A stretch of DNA of 64,000 nt from Phyllobates terribilis (taxonomy: Eukaryota): NCBI RefSeq assembly GCF_046119375.1, contig NW_027362772.1, forward strand, positions 78,864,001-78,928,000. The letters run 5' to 3'. Below are positions 14,027-26,129 of the stretch, in pieces. The notes under the pieces were generated by a model. That model was not told the origin of the DNA and searched no databases. It worked only from the letters and a program-made list of their open reading frames with translations. The position numbers were made by a program, and so were the translations under genes. Numbering within the stretch: position 1 is the first letter of the stretch; every line of letters begins with the position of its first letter.

Positions 14027-15433
14027 TATATCCCAGAATAGAGAGCATATATAAACACCAGGATGGGTAGGGGGGTCCTGGTCCATATTTTGCACCGGGG
14101 CGCATCGGACTCTAGTTACACCACTGTTGACAGCCTAGAAAAAAGGCTGCATCCTCCTGACCCTAAAAAGTGAATTACCCCACACCCGAGCCATGGACCC
14201 TATATCAAACCAACGTGTGTCTAAAGCCGCTATCTCTGCTCACCCAATTCCCCTGTCCCTGCCTGACGCACACTGAGACGTTCAAGAGAAGTGTCTGCCT
14301 TGTAGCCGATCTATCGCGCAGCCATGATACATTTCGCACAGGATTAGTAAATCTGCCGCACTGAGTCTGTGAATGGCGGCTGTCACCTTCCTGACGTCAC
14401 CACTTCTCTTACTGACGCCTGGTTACAGTGCTGGCAAACCTGAATAAGTGACCTTAGAGAACATTTACTTATCGCTCAGCGCACATCGCAGTACAAGCAA
14501 AACCTTCATTCTATTTGCTTTATTACAGCAGAACATCAAATAATATAATAACGCTTTCTAATGCTGCAGCCTTATGTACACGGAAGCCGCGGGGGGATGA
14601 ATGAGCCCGATGTATCGCTGGGCTTGTAGTATACTCTATTGGTTTATACAGCACAGTTCTGAACAGTAAGTGCAACATGCCAACTTACTACATAGCCGAA
14701 ATCTCTGAAAACCAACACGAGAATCAAAAAAAAAAAAAGGACCAACTTGGCATTGGTGGCCGTATAGACCAGACTGCAGTGCTCGGACTGGCCAGCGGCT
14801 CTCCCCACCCAAGCATGACAGCTTCCCATATTTCTATACAGCTGCCATGCTCAGGTGAGCAGAGCCGCCGGCCAGTCCGAGCATTGTTGTCTGATTTATA
14901 GAGCGTCCTTAACATAAGGCCAAGTTCAGACAGGCGTAAGAAAGTCTTCGCACTGGGTCCAACGGAAAAAAAAAAAAAAATCAGTCATGAACTACCCCAT
15001 AGACTATCATAAGTACGAGTGCTTTCAAGGGAAAAACATAGCACTCATATAAACTAGGTAGACATCTTATTATAGGACGTGGCACCCCCTCGAATCAGCT
15101 GTTATTGTGTCCTATTGAAGTGAACCGGAGCTGAGATGCAGTACCCCAGAATGGCCACTAGTATAGAGTTCTGATAGCATGGCACCAAGCATTGCATGAT
15201 CCAGGGGGGTTATGGGTGTTGGATCCCAATTCATGAGTTATACTAACCCCTTTAAGTATACCTTCTAAGGTGAATTTAAAAGGGTATTCCCATCTCCAAG
15301 ATTCTATCCCGATATGTATTCGGTGTAATAATAATTATATTAGCAAATATCTCCAATTATAAATGTAGTATAGTTCTTCTGATTTGCTATGTCGCTTACC
15401 CCATGTGCAGGGCATTGCATTAAATTAGGTATC

Positions 15434-15668
15434 AAGAGAATGCCAAGAGTGTGCAAAGCAGTCATCAAAGCAAAAGGTGGCTACTTTGAAGAACCTAGAA
15501 TATAAGACATATTTTCAGTTGTTTCACACTTTTTTGTTAAATATATAATTCCACATGTGTTAATTCATAGTTTTGATGCCTTCAGTGTGAATGTACAATT
15601 TTCATAGTCATGAAAATACAGAAAAATCTTTAAATGAGAAGGTGTGTCCAAACTTTTGGTCTGTACTG
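15434..15668. mobile_element. Solo terminal-repeat fragment of the same Tc1 family
   Basis: Matches the right IR of copies A/B, ending GGTCTGTACTG|TA. Confidence 0.9.
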
Positions 15669-15694
15669 TATGGATTACGATATGAAAGACGTAA

Positions 15695-16077
15695 AGGGAT
15701 ATTCCCATCTTCATAGATGGAGATTGTCAAATAGAGATTGTAAAAACCAGCACTTTTGCAATTTACTGCTTATTAAAATTTGTAGCCGTTCTTCGGATAT
15801 TAACACTTTTGTTTACAGCTCGCTGCCTTGGAAACCGACCACCGGTTGGCTTGAAAACAGTGCCTGCAAGCTCAATAAAAAAAGAGCTTGTAAACACGGA
15901 ACATGTTTTGCTGCCTAGCAGCGTTGGTTGGTTTCCAAAGCAACCAGCTCTAAACAAAGGAAAAGTGTTAATATCTCAAGAACGACTGGAATTTTTAAAA
16001 AGCAGTAAATTGCAAAAGTGCTTATATTTACGAGCCCTATCCGACAAATACCTATTTATGAAGATGAGACTATCCCT
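15695..16077. mobile_element. T2/Kolobok-type MITE, copy 3
   Basis: Same internal arms; ends ATCCCT|TTAA. Confidence 0.75.
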
Positions 16078-17671
16078 TTAATCCAGTGGCCCCCGAAAGA
16101 AGGCACAGGGCCGAAACGTGCATAGGGGCGGCGGCACCATAGACTGACTTATGCATGTGAGTAGTTGGAGCATATCTGTTCTATGTATTTAGGTGTGGGA
16201 TGTTCCTTTTTATGAAATTCTATAATGCACTGTGCACTTTAACAACTACTTATGGTCCCGACATAGGAAGTATTTATTAATCTATGAGGGAATACTTTGT
16301 TATACCCCTCTTTATTGTCTGTACTTTATTTGTATGCTCCCTCCTCATGTGTGATGCCTATCTGTGGTACCCTATTTGGCCCACCAATTCTAATGTATTT
16401 GTTGCCATTGGAATTGTGTATGTTTATTGTTTTTATTTATTCACTTCAATAAAATTTATTTTATTTTCAGATATTGTTCGCTATACGTTTTTCTTCTTTT
16501 CTGATTTACCCTTTAATCCAGTTATATTTTTCCATTTTTGTGCCATATTGACTACTTTCCGTTATATCATGGACTGCAAGCACTGGCAGACACGGCACCA
16601 CCATCACTGGAACAGTACCGGTCCGCGAGGTGGGTACATGGTGTCTTTATTTTACATCGGACCCTATTGCATTTAAGAAGGGGTTGTCCAAGTAATACTT
16701 TTCAATTCATCATCTCTCTCAGTCACTTATTTTGATACACAGCCAGTCTAACATGGATTTTCATAGTAAGTACATCAGTCTCATTTGGTTCTAGATCTAG
16801 TTAATACGGTGTTCTCAAAATGTGATCAACCTATATTAGAACATATAGACATCATAGATGTATACTCCCTCCCCCAAAAAGTCATATATGAGAGCCACTT
16901 ACAAGCTAGCTGGATGACTTGGGCCGTCCATGTATTAGTTCTATGGCCATTCTTTTGAATTCCCACATGTAATGGGTACATTTCTTGCAGAGGAAATGAG
17001 AAGACCTGTGTAAATCAGTGGTTTACCATATTAGAGGGGGTTGGATTCACTTTGCGTTTCGCTACGTCATCTGGGGCTAACCTACCACATTGTTGTGTCC
17101 GGCTAAAAAGATGGATAGAAAAAGGTCAAAAGAAATCCAAAGTTTCATGTATTGACTCATTGAACTCAATTACTCCATCTGACGAAGATCCGAATCTTGT
17201 TTTCTATCTAATCAGACAGAAGCCCCTGATGAAGCCCTGAATGGGATGTAAACCTAGCTCAGCTCCAAACCTTCAACCAGCGTCCTCAGCCCTGCTTATT
17301 CATACAATTAATCATTCCCACACCCCTTGCTGGGATTTTTTTCACCAATTTAGTTATATAATGTGTTGGCATCTTATCAATGTATATAAAATATATCCGT
17401 CCCATTACCAGAGCAGGTTCTTCTGCATTCTCATCATCATCTAAAAATTATGCATATCAAAACATAGCATGTAGGTAGTTAGTTCATGGCACAGTAATGC
17501 TGGATAAACTGGAGCTCAAGAGGTATAGTAATATACAGCCAGGCTCCTAGAACAACCGCCGGGATCAGAGATAACTCAAATCCTGGTTGTCCTAACAGTG
17601 AGCATAGCATCTAAGTGATTAGACAGATGGAGAAAGCTCCCTCTGTCATTCCATAGGCCTTCTGCAAGATG

Positions 17672-17918
17672 ACAGGGAAGGGGAGGAGAAGGAGAAGGGG
17701 AAGGGGACAGGGAAGGAGAAGGGGAAGGGGAAGGGAACAGGGAAGGAGAAGGGGAAGGGAACAGGGAAGGAGAAGGGGACAGGGAAGGAGAAGGGGAAGG
17801 GGACAGGGAAGGGGAAGGGGAAGGTGACAGGGAAGGAGAAGGGGAAGGGGACAGCGAAGAAGAATGGGACTGGGTAAGGGGAGGAGAAGGGGGGGGGATT
17901 GGAAAGGGAAAGGGGAAA
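17672..17918. repeat. Polypurine tract built from GGGGAA/GGAGAA/GACAGG hexamers
   Basis: Almost purely A/G on the + strand. Confidence 0.9.
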
Positions 17919-19476
17919 GGGATTTTTTCTGTGTATCAGATCCGCTTTAAGGCTTGATAGAGTAGGTAGAGACTGATTGAATAGTTTTATTAAGAAGATT
18001 TCCAGGTAAAGAACAGGGACCTGATGATTAATGCTTAGGGAGGGTGTCCTGACTTTCCCCCAATGGTAGTTGTTGGTGAAAGAGTTTGGATTTTAACATG
18101 TCAACTTTTTGTTCCTGATGGAGAGGCAAAAAACACATTGAAAAAGTCATGCATTGGCCAGAAACTGCATAGGACAGTGGTGGCAGCAAGGGCAGAAGGC
18201 ATGAGAATGCACCACTGGTTCCAACCAAAGTCCCTAAGTATCAGGGGTCTTTAGTAGTAGCACCGGTTTTGCCAAGTGAAGCCAAGCCAGCTAATGGATG
18301 ACCGCATGGGAAATATAGTTTTTTTTTCTGTCTCATACAGTAGATGGGAGAATTTTCAGCACCAGTCTCCTCTCTAGGACATCCATTCAGCTGTACTGTA
18401 GCAGCATCGTATGAAATCTACAGAGAAAATCTGCAGCGAAAATTGACTTGCGCTGTAGATTGGTTGGATGTAGCCGAATCATGCAGCAATTACAGTGCGG
18501 CTCAGAAGACGCTGTGATATTGGAGTGGTGTAGTATAGATGAGGGCAGGAAACACAAAAACTCACCAAAAAGTTCACCGTGAGAACGTAGCCTTAACTGC
18601 ACTGCTATCTTCCAGAGTGCTTATTTAAAGCTGTGCAAGGGAAACGCCAAGGGGAGGTGCACACTTTGAGCATTTGCAGCAGAAATTTTTGCACAAAAAC
18701 GCTCCTATTAGCAGGAAAAACAGTGCGTAAAATAAGCAAGTTTGATGCTTTTTTTGTGTTTATTTATGCATTTTTGATGCTTTTTTACTTTTTTTTTTTA
18801 AGCATTTTTGATGCGTTTTTTGATGCTTTTCTATTAGTTTTTTTATGCATTTTTTTACTCCTTTATCATTCCAATATCTGCATCTCACACTCCCAGGGGA
18901 AGCTGAGCTCTGGGGTGCTGTTTAACAGATTCCTCAGACTGCGGAGCTGATTTTTGGATGTTTATACCTAAAGACGACGGTAATTAGAGGCTTATTTTTA
19001 CCGTTCGGAGCCCCTTTAAGACATGACAGTACAAAGGAAGATATTATAGCGGGGGTATTGCATCAGCACATGAACACGCTGCAAGGATAAAGCTGTCCCT
19101 GTTGGATAAAATATATTCCACACCTCCTCCATAAACATACATAGAGAGCAGAAATAAGAGGCCACCAGACACCACCATTGCCGCTTATCTCCAGTTAAAA
19201 AAAAAAAAAGAAAGGAATTGTCAAACCATTTTTTATGAAAAAAAAAAAATCCTCAGACAGCATTCACATTGAATTCTGAAGATCAGAGGTGACATATGTC
19301 TGTGGTCCAGATACCAATATGAAGACATTGAAAGGTTTTACTATGAAGTATAAGATGGCAATAATTATAATATTTGCAGAAGTTTTTTTGGGGGGAGGGG
19401 ATTGATAAAAAAGTGTCGTTATGGTCAACAAAGTATATAAAGTTAATTGTCACAATATTTAGGATCTCGCACTTAC

Positions 19477-20930
19477 CTGTGTGAACTGTGCCCCCGGCCT
19501 CTCTTTTCTTAGGGTTTTCCTTTTTCCTCGGGGGGTTCTCGCTGTTACCTGCAGGGATCAGCCAGCTGTGTGCGCAGCCGCCACGTGGAGACTTGTTGGC
19601 ATTTCTCAGCCCACGCCTTCTCTCCTCCTTTCCGTCACATACCCTTGCAGAATACAGTTTTTAACCCCTTTAGTGCTGGGTTAGCTATCCTGCACATTAT
19701 GACATGATTATCTAATTGTGCTTTGCTCCCTCTCCCCAGGTCCAGCTCTGAGTCTTCTGGTTTCTGTTATCATCTAAAGTCAGCTGCATCATTGAGCTCA
19801 GTGACAGGCTGCAGCGCTGTCCATGTAACATCAGAGCTGCAGGGCACAGCTGCAGAGTTCACTGATTGTCTGCAGCGTTCTCAACATGATGTTAGTACTG
19901 CAGATAATAGCAGACACCAGAGACTCAGTGCTGGACCAGGGAAGGGTGAATAAGGCAAAGTTTTTTTTTTTTTTTTTAAATAATCTGCACCAGAAGACAG
20001 GGGGTCACATGGACAGCACTGCAGCCAGTCACTGGATGCTATCTACTTTGGCAGAGCTCCTGATTGTCTGCAGCGCTCTCAACGTGATGTTAGTACTGCT
20101 GATAATAGCAGACACCAGAGACTTAGCGCCAGACCAAGGAAGGGTGAATAAAGTAAAGTATTTTTGTTTTTTTAAATAATCTGCACCAGAAAACAGGGGG
20201 TCACATGGACAGCGCTGCAGCCAGTTACTGGATGCTGTGTACTTGGGCAGAGCTGCTGAGCTCACTGATTGTCTGCAGCACTCTCAAAGTGATATTAGTA
20301 CTGCAGATACTAGAAGACACCAGAAACTCAGCGCTGGACCAGGGAAGGGTGAATAAGGCAAAGTTTTTTTTTTTTTTAATAATCTGCAGCAGGGGACAGG
20401 GGGGTCACATGGACAGTGCTGCAGCCAGTCACTGGATGCTATCTACTTTGGCAGAGCTCCTGATTGTCTGCAGCGCTCTCAACGTGATATTAGTACTGCA
20501 GACACCAGAGACTGAGTGCTGGACCAGGAGAGGGTTAATAAAGCAAAGTTTTTGTTTTTAAATAATCTGGACCAGGTAACAGGGTTTTCCTAATCCGAAA
20601 AACCCATTATATGGCAGAGTTTTTGGTAGTTGCAGTGTCCCCGCAAACTCTCATATTAGTACCTACTCTATGCATATTGTACTAACGTGCTATGAAATGT
20701 ACACTTCCATACTTCCCAACTTTTACAGAATAGAAAGAAGGACAAATTATTTGGTTACACCCCCATTTACCATTTCTTTCTACCCCTGCAGGAGGAGATA
20801 TCAGAGGAGACAATGGCAGCGAGGAACATTCAGCAGACCACCCGGGACAGCAGGACATAGATCCAGGACTGTCCGCCGTATTCAGGACGGTTGTGATCAA
20901 TGGATTCATTCTTTTCTTCATTCATTCCTA
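19477..20930 (-). pseudogene. Candidate decayed single-pass membrane protein gene (TM exon 20771-~20930 plus cytoplasmic exon 19477-19643)
   Basis: SWIYVLLSRVVC*MFLAAIVSSDISSCRGRKK then donor TG|GTAAAT (phase 2). The next exon completes the codon and is open (W VCDGKEERRRG..PRKKENPKKREAGGTVHT), ending at strong donor CAG|GTAAGT. One in-frame TGA; no family recognised. Confidence 0.3.
19840..20575. repeat. ~200-bp tandem repeat x4 (MITE-like internal sequence)
   Basis: GTCTGCAGC anchor at 19868, 20066, 20271, 20466; a related fragment CTGGACC.GGG.AGGGTGAATAA lies at ~41975. Confidence 0.85.
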
Positions 20931-21224
20931 GTTGTTGCAGTCTCTATATGAGGTCTTGCTTATTTGTGTCTGTAAGGCCATGTTCACACCTAGTGTAAAT
21001 GCTGCATTTTTTTTTTGCATCAAAGTGCACATTAACAATCTGCTCTGGTTATTCCATTTTTATTTTATTTTTTTATTATTTTATTTATCTTTTTTGCATT
21101 TTTTTATGCTCCCCCCCCCCTTATTTGATGCGTTTTTGTTGCAAATTTGAAGTATTTTTAATGTGTTGTTTTTTGTTTTTTTATAGTACAGAAAATTTTT
21201 GATTATGCTTGTGCCCCTAACAGC

Positions 21225-22290
21225 CACGGGTGGAATCACGATCCACCCACGGCTGTTAACATGTTAAATGCTGCTGTCAATCTCGAGCGTGCTGTAAATG
21301 CATCACAAACCCTGCCAATCGGCGCCCCGGTCACATGATCGCTGGTCGCCGATGGGTTGTCATGACATCTCCTATGAACGCTGGCGCATGGCCGGCATTC
21401 ATAGGAGATGATGATATCTGCTACACATAGCAGGGCTGCAGCTCTGCTATGTGTAGCACAAGCAATCAGATGATCGCAGCTTCTAGTCTCCCATGGAGAC
21501 AATTGAAACATGTAAAAAGTAGAAAAAAATGTTTTAAAAAATATTAAAAAAAATAAAAAAATATAAAAGTTCAAATCACCCCCCTTTTGCCCCAGAGTCC
21601 AAATAAAACAATAAAAGAAAAATAAAATATACACATTTGGTATCGCCCGATCTATCAAAATATAAAAAGAATAAATCTGATTGGTAAACGACTTATCGAG
21701 AAAAAAATTAAAACGCCAGATATAAGGATTATTTGGTCGCGCAACATTGCAATAAAATACTGTAACAGGCGATCAAAAGATCATATCTACCCCAAAATGA
21801 TATCAATTAAAACGGCAGCTCAGTGCAATAAAAATAAGCCCTCACCCGGCCCCAGATCCCGAAAAATGGAGACACTACGGGTCTCAGACAATGGCGTCAT
21901 TTTCTTTTCTTACAAATTTTGGATTTTTTTTTTCACCACTTAAATAAAGAACGTATTCATGTTTGGTATCTGCAAATTCATAATGACCTGGAGAATCATA
22001 TCACCAGGTCAGTTTTACCATATAGTGGACATGGTAAATAAAAAGCCCAAAAAAACAATTGTGGGATTGCAGTTTTTTTGCAATTTCACCACACTTGGAA
22101 TTTTTTTCCTGTTTTCCAGTACACGATATGGTAAAATTAATGGTGTCGTTCAAAAGTACAACTTGTCCTGCAAAAAACAAGTCCTCACATGGCCATATTG
22201 ATGGAAAAATAAAAAAGTTATGACTCTGGGAAGAAGGGGAGCAAAAAACAAAAATGCAAAAACGGAAAATCGCGAGGTGGTGAAGATTGT
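21225..22290. mobile_element. Longer related copy of the piggyBac-like non-autonomous family
   Basis: Shares internal blocks with 8921-9648 (GGTGGAATCACGATC..GTTAACATGTTAAATGC; GGAAGAAGGGG..AAAATCGC); ends eroded. Confidence 0.65.
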
Positions 22291-23964
22291 TATTGCATCA
22301 CATGGTGTAGACACCTGCAGAAAGCATGCAGATAAAAATTCACTATGTGTGAACACAGCCTCAGCAGTGTATTTTTATTTATGGGTTTAATGGAGAAAAT
22401 CAATCATGTAATTTTTACGCAATTTACTGATCAGTCTAAATTATCTGTTCACGATATTGTGCAAGTTGATATAATTACAGTTTACTAAATATGTCTGATA
22501 TTTGCTGATTTGAGATGTTTATCTTTTTTAAAAGTGCATTAAAAATGTAATTATTGTAATTGTTTTTCTTTTTTTTTTTTAATTTTATAGGAAGAAATAA
22601 AATCTTTGACTTTTATTTCATGTCTAGAATACAGGGACATAGAAATGCACTGATATATGGAGCTGTATCTCTATGTATCAGTACAATCTACCTGTAAGGA
22701 AGCGGAATATGATGCACATTTAAGTACCGACAAGTCTCTGATATGTTAGTACAGCTTGTTGCATATGCCTTTTGGTGCTGCCTTCAATGATACAGGTTGG
22801 AGGTTCGAATCCCAGGGAGGTCAGAATTAAAGAGAAGAATTAGTTATTTAAATATTTTAAAAGGTTCTAAAAATTTTTTTAACCACTTAAACATTTAAAA
22901 TAACTTATAAATTTGGCATTGTCATAATCGTACTGACTGGGAGAATCATATAAATAAATAAATAAATAAAATCATATAGCCAATTGCACTGATTCAGGTT
23001 CCCTTTCACTGTTTTACCCTAGACAACAGTGGTCCTGACCATATTACGATGGAATATAGTTTAATAAAGTTGAAAAGATGGAATGACTTTGGCTTTCCAT
23101 TGGGAAGCAGTTTCACATTGAGGAGAGGGGCATGTGGGGTAGGGGATACCTGGTGAAGAAGAAATGAGTTACTTTGCTTATACAAACTAATTAATACCTT
23201 TCTACCAGCAGGATGATATGACATTCCTTAGATGATCCACAGTGACATCTAGTGGCGAAATAATATTACTACCACTTAACAGGACTCATTCTACAAGATG
23301 ATAATAATAATAACAATAATAATTAATAATATTAACTTAATGGATATCACAAGTGTTGCACCCTGAGAGGGTCTATATTATTATTATGTATGTTATTGAT
23401 TCTTGAGCACCACAGCTCTGTCCACAATGTAATAGCTGTTTTTAGCTATTGCAGCTCAGCTCCTGTTGAATTGAATGGGAGTTGAGCTGCAGTACCCAAT
23501 GACAGCTCCTACACAGAATACAGAGCCGTGTTGTTCTAGATATATATATACGCTTTGTACATCCTGCTGGTACCGTGCTAACGTACACTTTAATTCTAAA
23601 TACGAGAAAAAAACTCAGCTTTATTCATCGTTGCACTGGATCCGTCCATGAGTCAGTTTTTACCATCAATGCGACACCTGATGTAATCCTCACATTGTGC
23701 GTACTGTGTGCTGTGAGGATTCTCCAGTGTTGGAAGCAGTGGGCATGTGACTGCAATTATGTGATTTGCATAGATGCGGTCACGTGCAGACTAGACGTGT
23801 GTGGCTTCACTGAATGCAAGTGAATTGAGTGAGGCCGGACACGTCTAGTAGGAATGTGTACGGAAGTATTCAAATTACATGACCGCCCGTTCCTAGCACT
23901 GGAATCGGAGAATCCTGACAGTGTGCACTGTACATAATGTGAGGATTCACAAGTCTGCAGTCAT

Positions 23965-25715
23965 ATAGAGTGACTGCAGACTTGTACTCTAAGGCCGGAC
24001 CACATAGAATGACTGCAGACTTGCACCCTAAGGCCGGACCACATAGACTGATTGCAGACTTGTACCCTAAGGCCGGACCACATAGAGTAACTGCAGACTT
24101 GTAAACTAAAGTTGGACCACATAGAATGACTGCAGACCTGCCCCCTAAGATTGGATAACAGAGAGTGACTGCAGACTTGTACCCTAAGGCCAGATCACAT
24201 AGAGTGACTGTAGACTTGTACCCTAAGGTTGGACTACATAGAGTGACTGCAGACTTGCACCCTAAGGTCGGACCACATAGCGTGACTGCAGACTTGCCCC
24301 CTAAGGTCGGACCACATAGAGTGATTGCAAATTTGTGCCCTCAGGTGGGACCACATAGAGTGAAGGCAGACTTGTACCCGAAGGTCGGACCACGTAACGT
24401 GACTACAGACTTGTATCCTAAGGTTGGACCACATAGAGTGACTGCTGACTTGTACCCTAAGGTCGGACCACATAGCGTGACTACAGACTTACCCCCTAAG
24501 GTCGGACCACATAGAGTGACTACAGATTTGTGCCCTCAGGTGGGACCACATAGAGTGACTACAGACTTGTACCCTAAGGTCGGACCACATAGCGTGACTA
24601 CAGACTTACCCCCTAAGGTCGGACCACATGGAGTGACTGCAGACATGTACCCTAAGGCCGGACCACATAGTGTGACTGCAGACTTGTAACCTAAAGTTGG
24701 ACCACATAGAATGACTGCAGACCTGCCCCCTAAGATTGGACAACAGAGAGTGACTGCAGACTTGTACCCTAAGGTTGGACTACATAGAATGACTGTAGAC
24801 TTGTACCCTCAGGTTGAACTACATAGAGTGACTGCAGACTTGCACCCTAAGGTCGGACCACATAGCGTGACTGCAGACTTGCCCCCTAAGGTCGGACCAC
24901 ATAGAGTGATTGCAAATTTGTGCCCTCAGGTGGGACCACATAGAGTGAAGGCAGACTTGTACCCGAAGGTCGGACCACGTAACGTGACTACAGACTTGTA
25001 TCCTAAGGTTGGACCACATAGAGTGACTGCTGACTTGTACCCTAAAGCTGGACCACATAGAGTGACTGCAGACTTGTTCCCTAAGGTCGGACCAAATAAA
25101 GTGACGGCAGACTTGTACTCCAAGGTCGGACCACATAGAGTGACTGCTGACTTGTACCCTAAGGTTGGACTACATAGAGTGACTGCAGACTTGTACCTCA
25201 AGGTTGGACCACATAGAGTGACTGCAGACTTGTACTCCAAGGTCGGATTACATAAAGTGACTGCAGAATTGTACCCCAGGGTCAGACCACATAAAGTGAC
25301 TGCAGACTTGCCCCCTAAGATCAGACCACATAAAGTGACTGCAGACTTGTACCCCAGGGTCAGGGCACATAGAGTGACTGCAGACTTGTACCCCAGGGTC
25401 AGACCACATAGGGTGACTGCAGACTTGTACCCCAAGGCTGGACCACATAGAGTGACTGCAGACTTGTTCTCTAAGGTCGGACCATATAAAGTGACTGCAG
25501 ACTTGTACCCCAGGGTCAGACCACATAAAGTGACTGCAGACTTGCCCCCTAAGATCGGACCACATAAAGTGACAGCAGACTTGCCCCCTAAGATCGGACC
25601 ACATAGAGTGACTGCAGACTTGTTCTCTAAGGTCGGACCACATAAAGTGACTGCAGACTTGCCCCCTAAGATCGTACCACACAGAGTGACTGCAGACTTG
25701 TACCCTAAGATTGGA
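23965..25715. repeat. 39-bp minisatellite, ~45 diverged copies
   Basis: Unit GTGACTGCAGACTTGTACCCTAAGGTCGGACCACATAGA; runs into a T2-type end GGACAACCCCT|TTAA (25723). Confidence 0.96.
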
Positions 25716-26129
25716 CAACCCCTTTAAATCTCCAGTCTGAGGCTGCCATTTTATTTTAAGAAATCAGTGATCAGATACAGACAGGTTATTTTTCTAAATA
25801 ACACAATTGATAAACCAGATGCTTTCCAGTAATGGACAACCCCTTTAAATAAACAGGGCAGTCCCGGACTGGGGATGGGTACTCTTTATTTTATATTTAA
25901 CCCCTTATGTACATACAAATGAACGAAAAAATATTTACTTCTGAACATTTTGGCACGTATGCTGTATCTCAGGAGACACTGGAATTTGTTCTTTATTAAT
26001 TAAATTGTGCCATAGTAGCAACTTTTTATTATTATTCTGCAATCTTTTACTTATTTATTAGCATATTTAGGACATTTTGTGTAAGTAGAACGCTTGTGTG
26101 ACAGTTTTGTCTCACGAAGCTTTCCGTTC

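Larger units (their letters stand above)
10329..14126. mobile_element. hAT-type non-autonomous element carrying a minisatellite and two Tc1 copies
   Basis: Termini CAGGGGCGTAAC / GTTACACCACTG; flanking 8-mers CTGACAGT (10321-10328) and TTGACAGC (14127-14134) are 6/8 identical, consistent with an aged 8-bp TSD. Confidence 0.65.

Noticed and set aside
22802-22812. tRNA B-box GGTTCGAATCC
   Set aside because: No A-box at a convincing distance and no cloverleaf; at most a SINE relic, not a tRNA gene.
24165-25727. (VTADLYPKVGPHR)n protein, and a CRISPR-like look of repeat with variable parts
   Set aside because: MITE-derived minisatellite; units are diverged copies with no unique spacers and no cas genes, in a vertebrate context.
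1-26100. TULP2 or DHDH expected from human synteny next to NUCB1
   Set aside because: No tubby-domain or dehydrogenase motifs found by eye in any frame examined; absence is not proven without tBLASTn.
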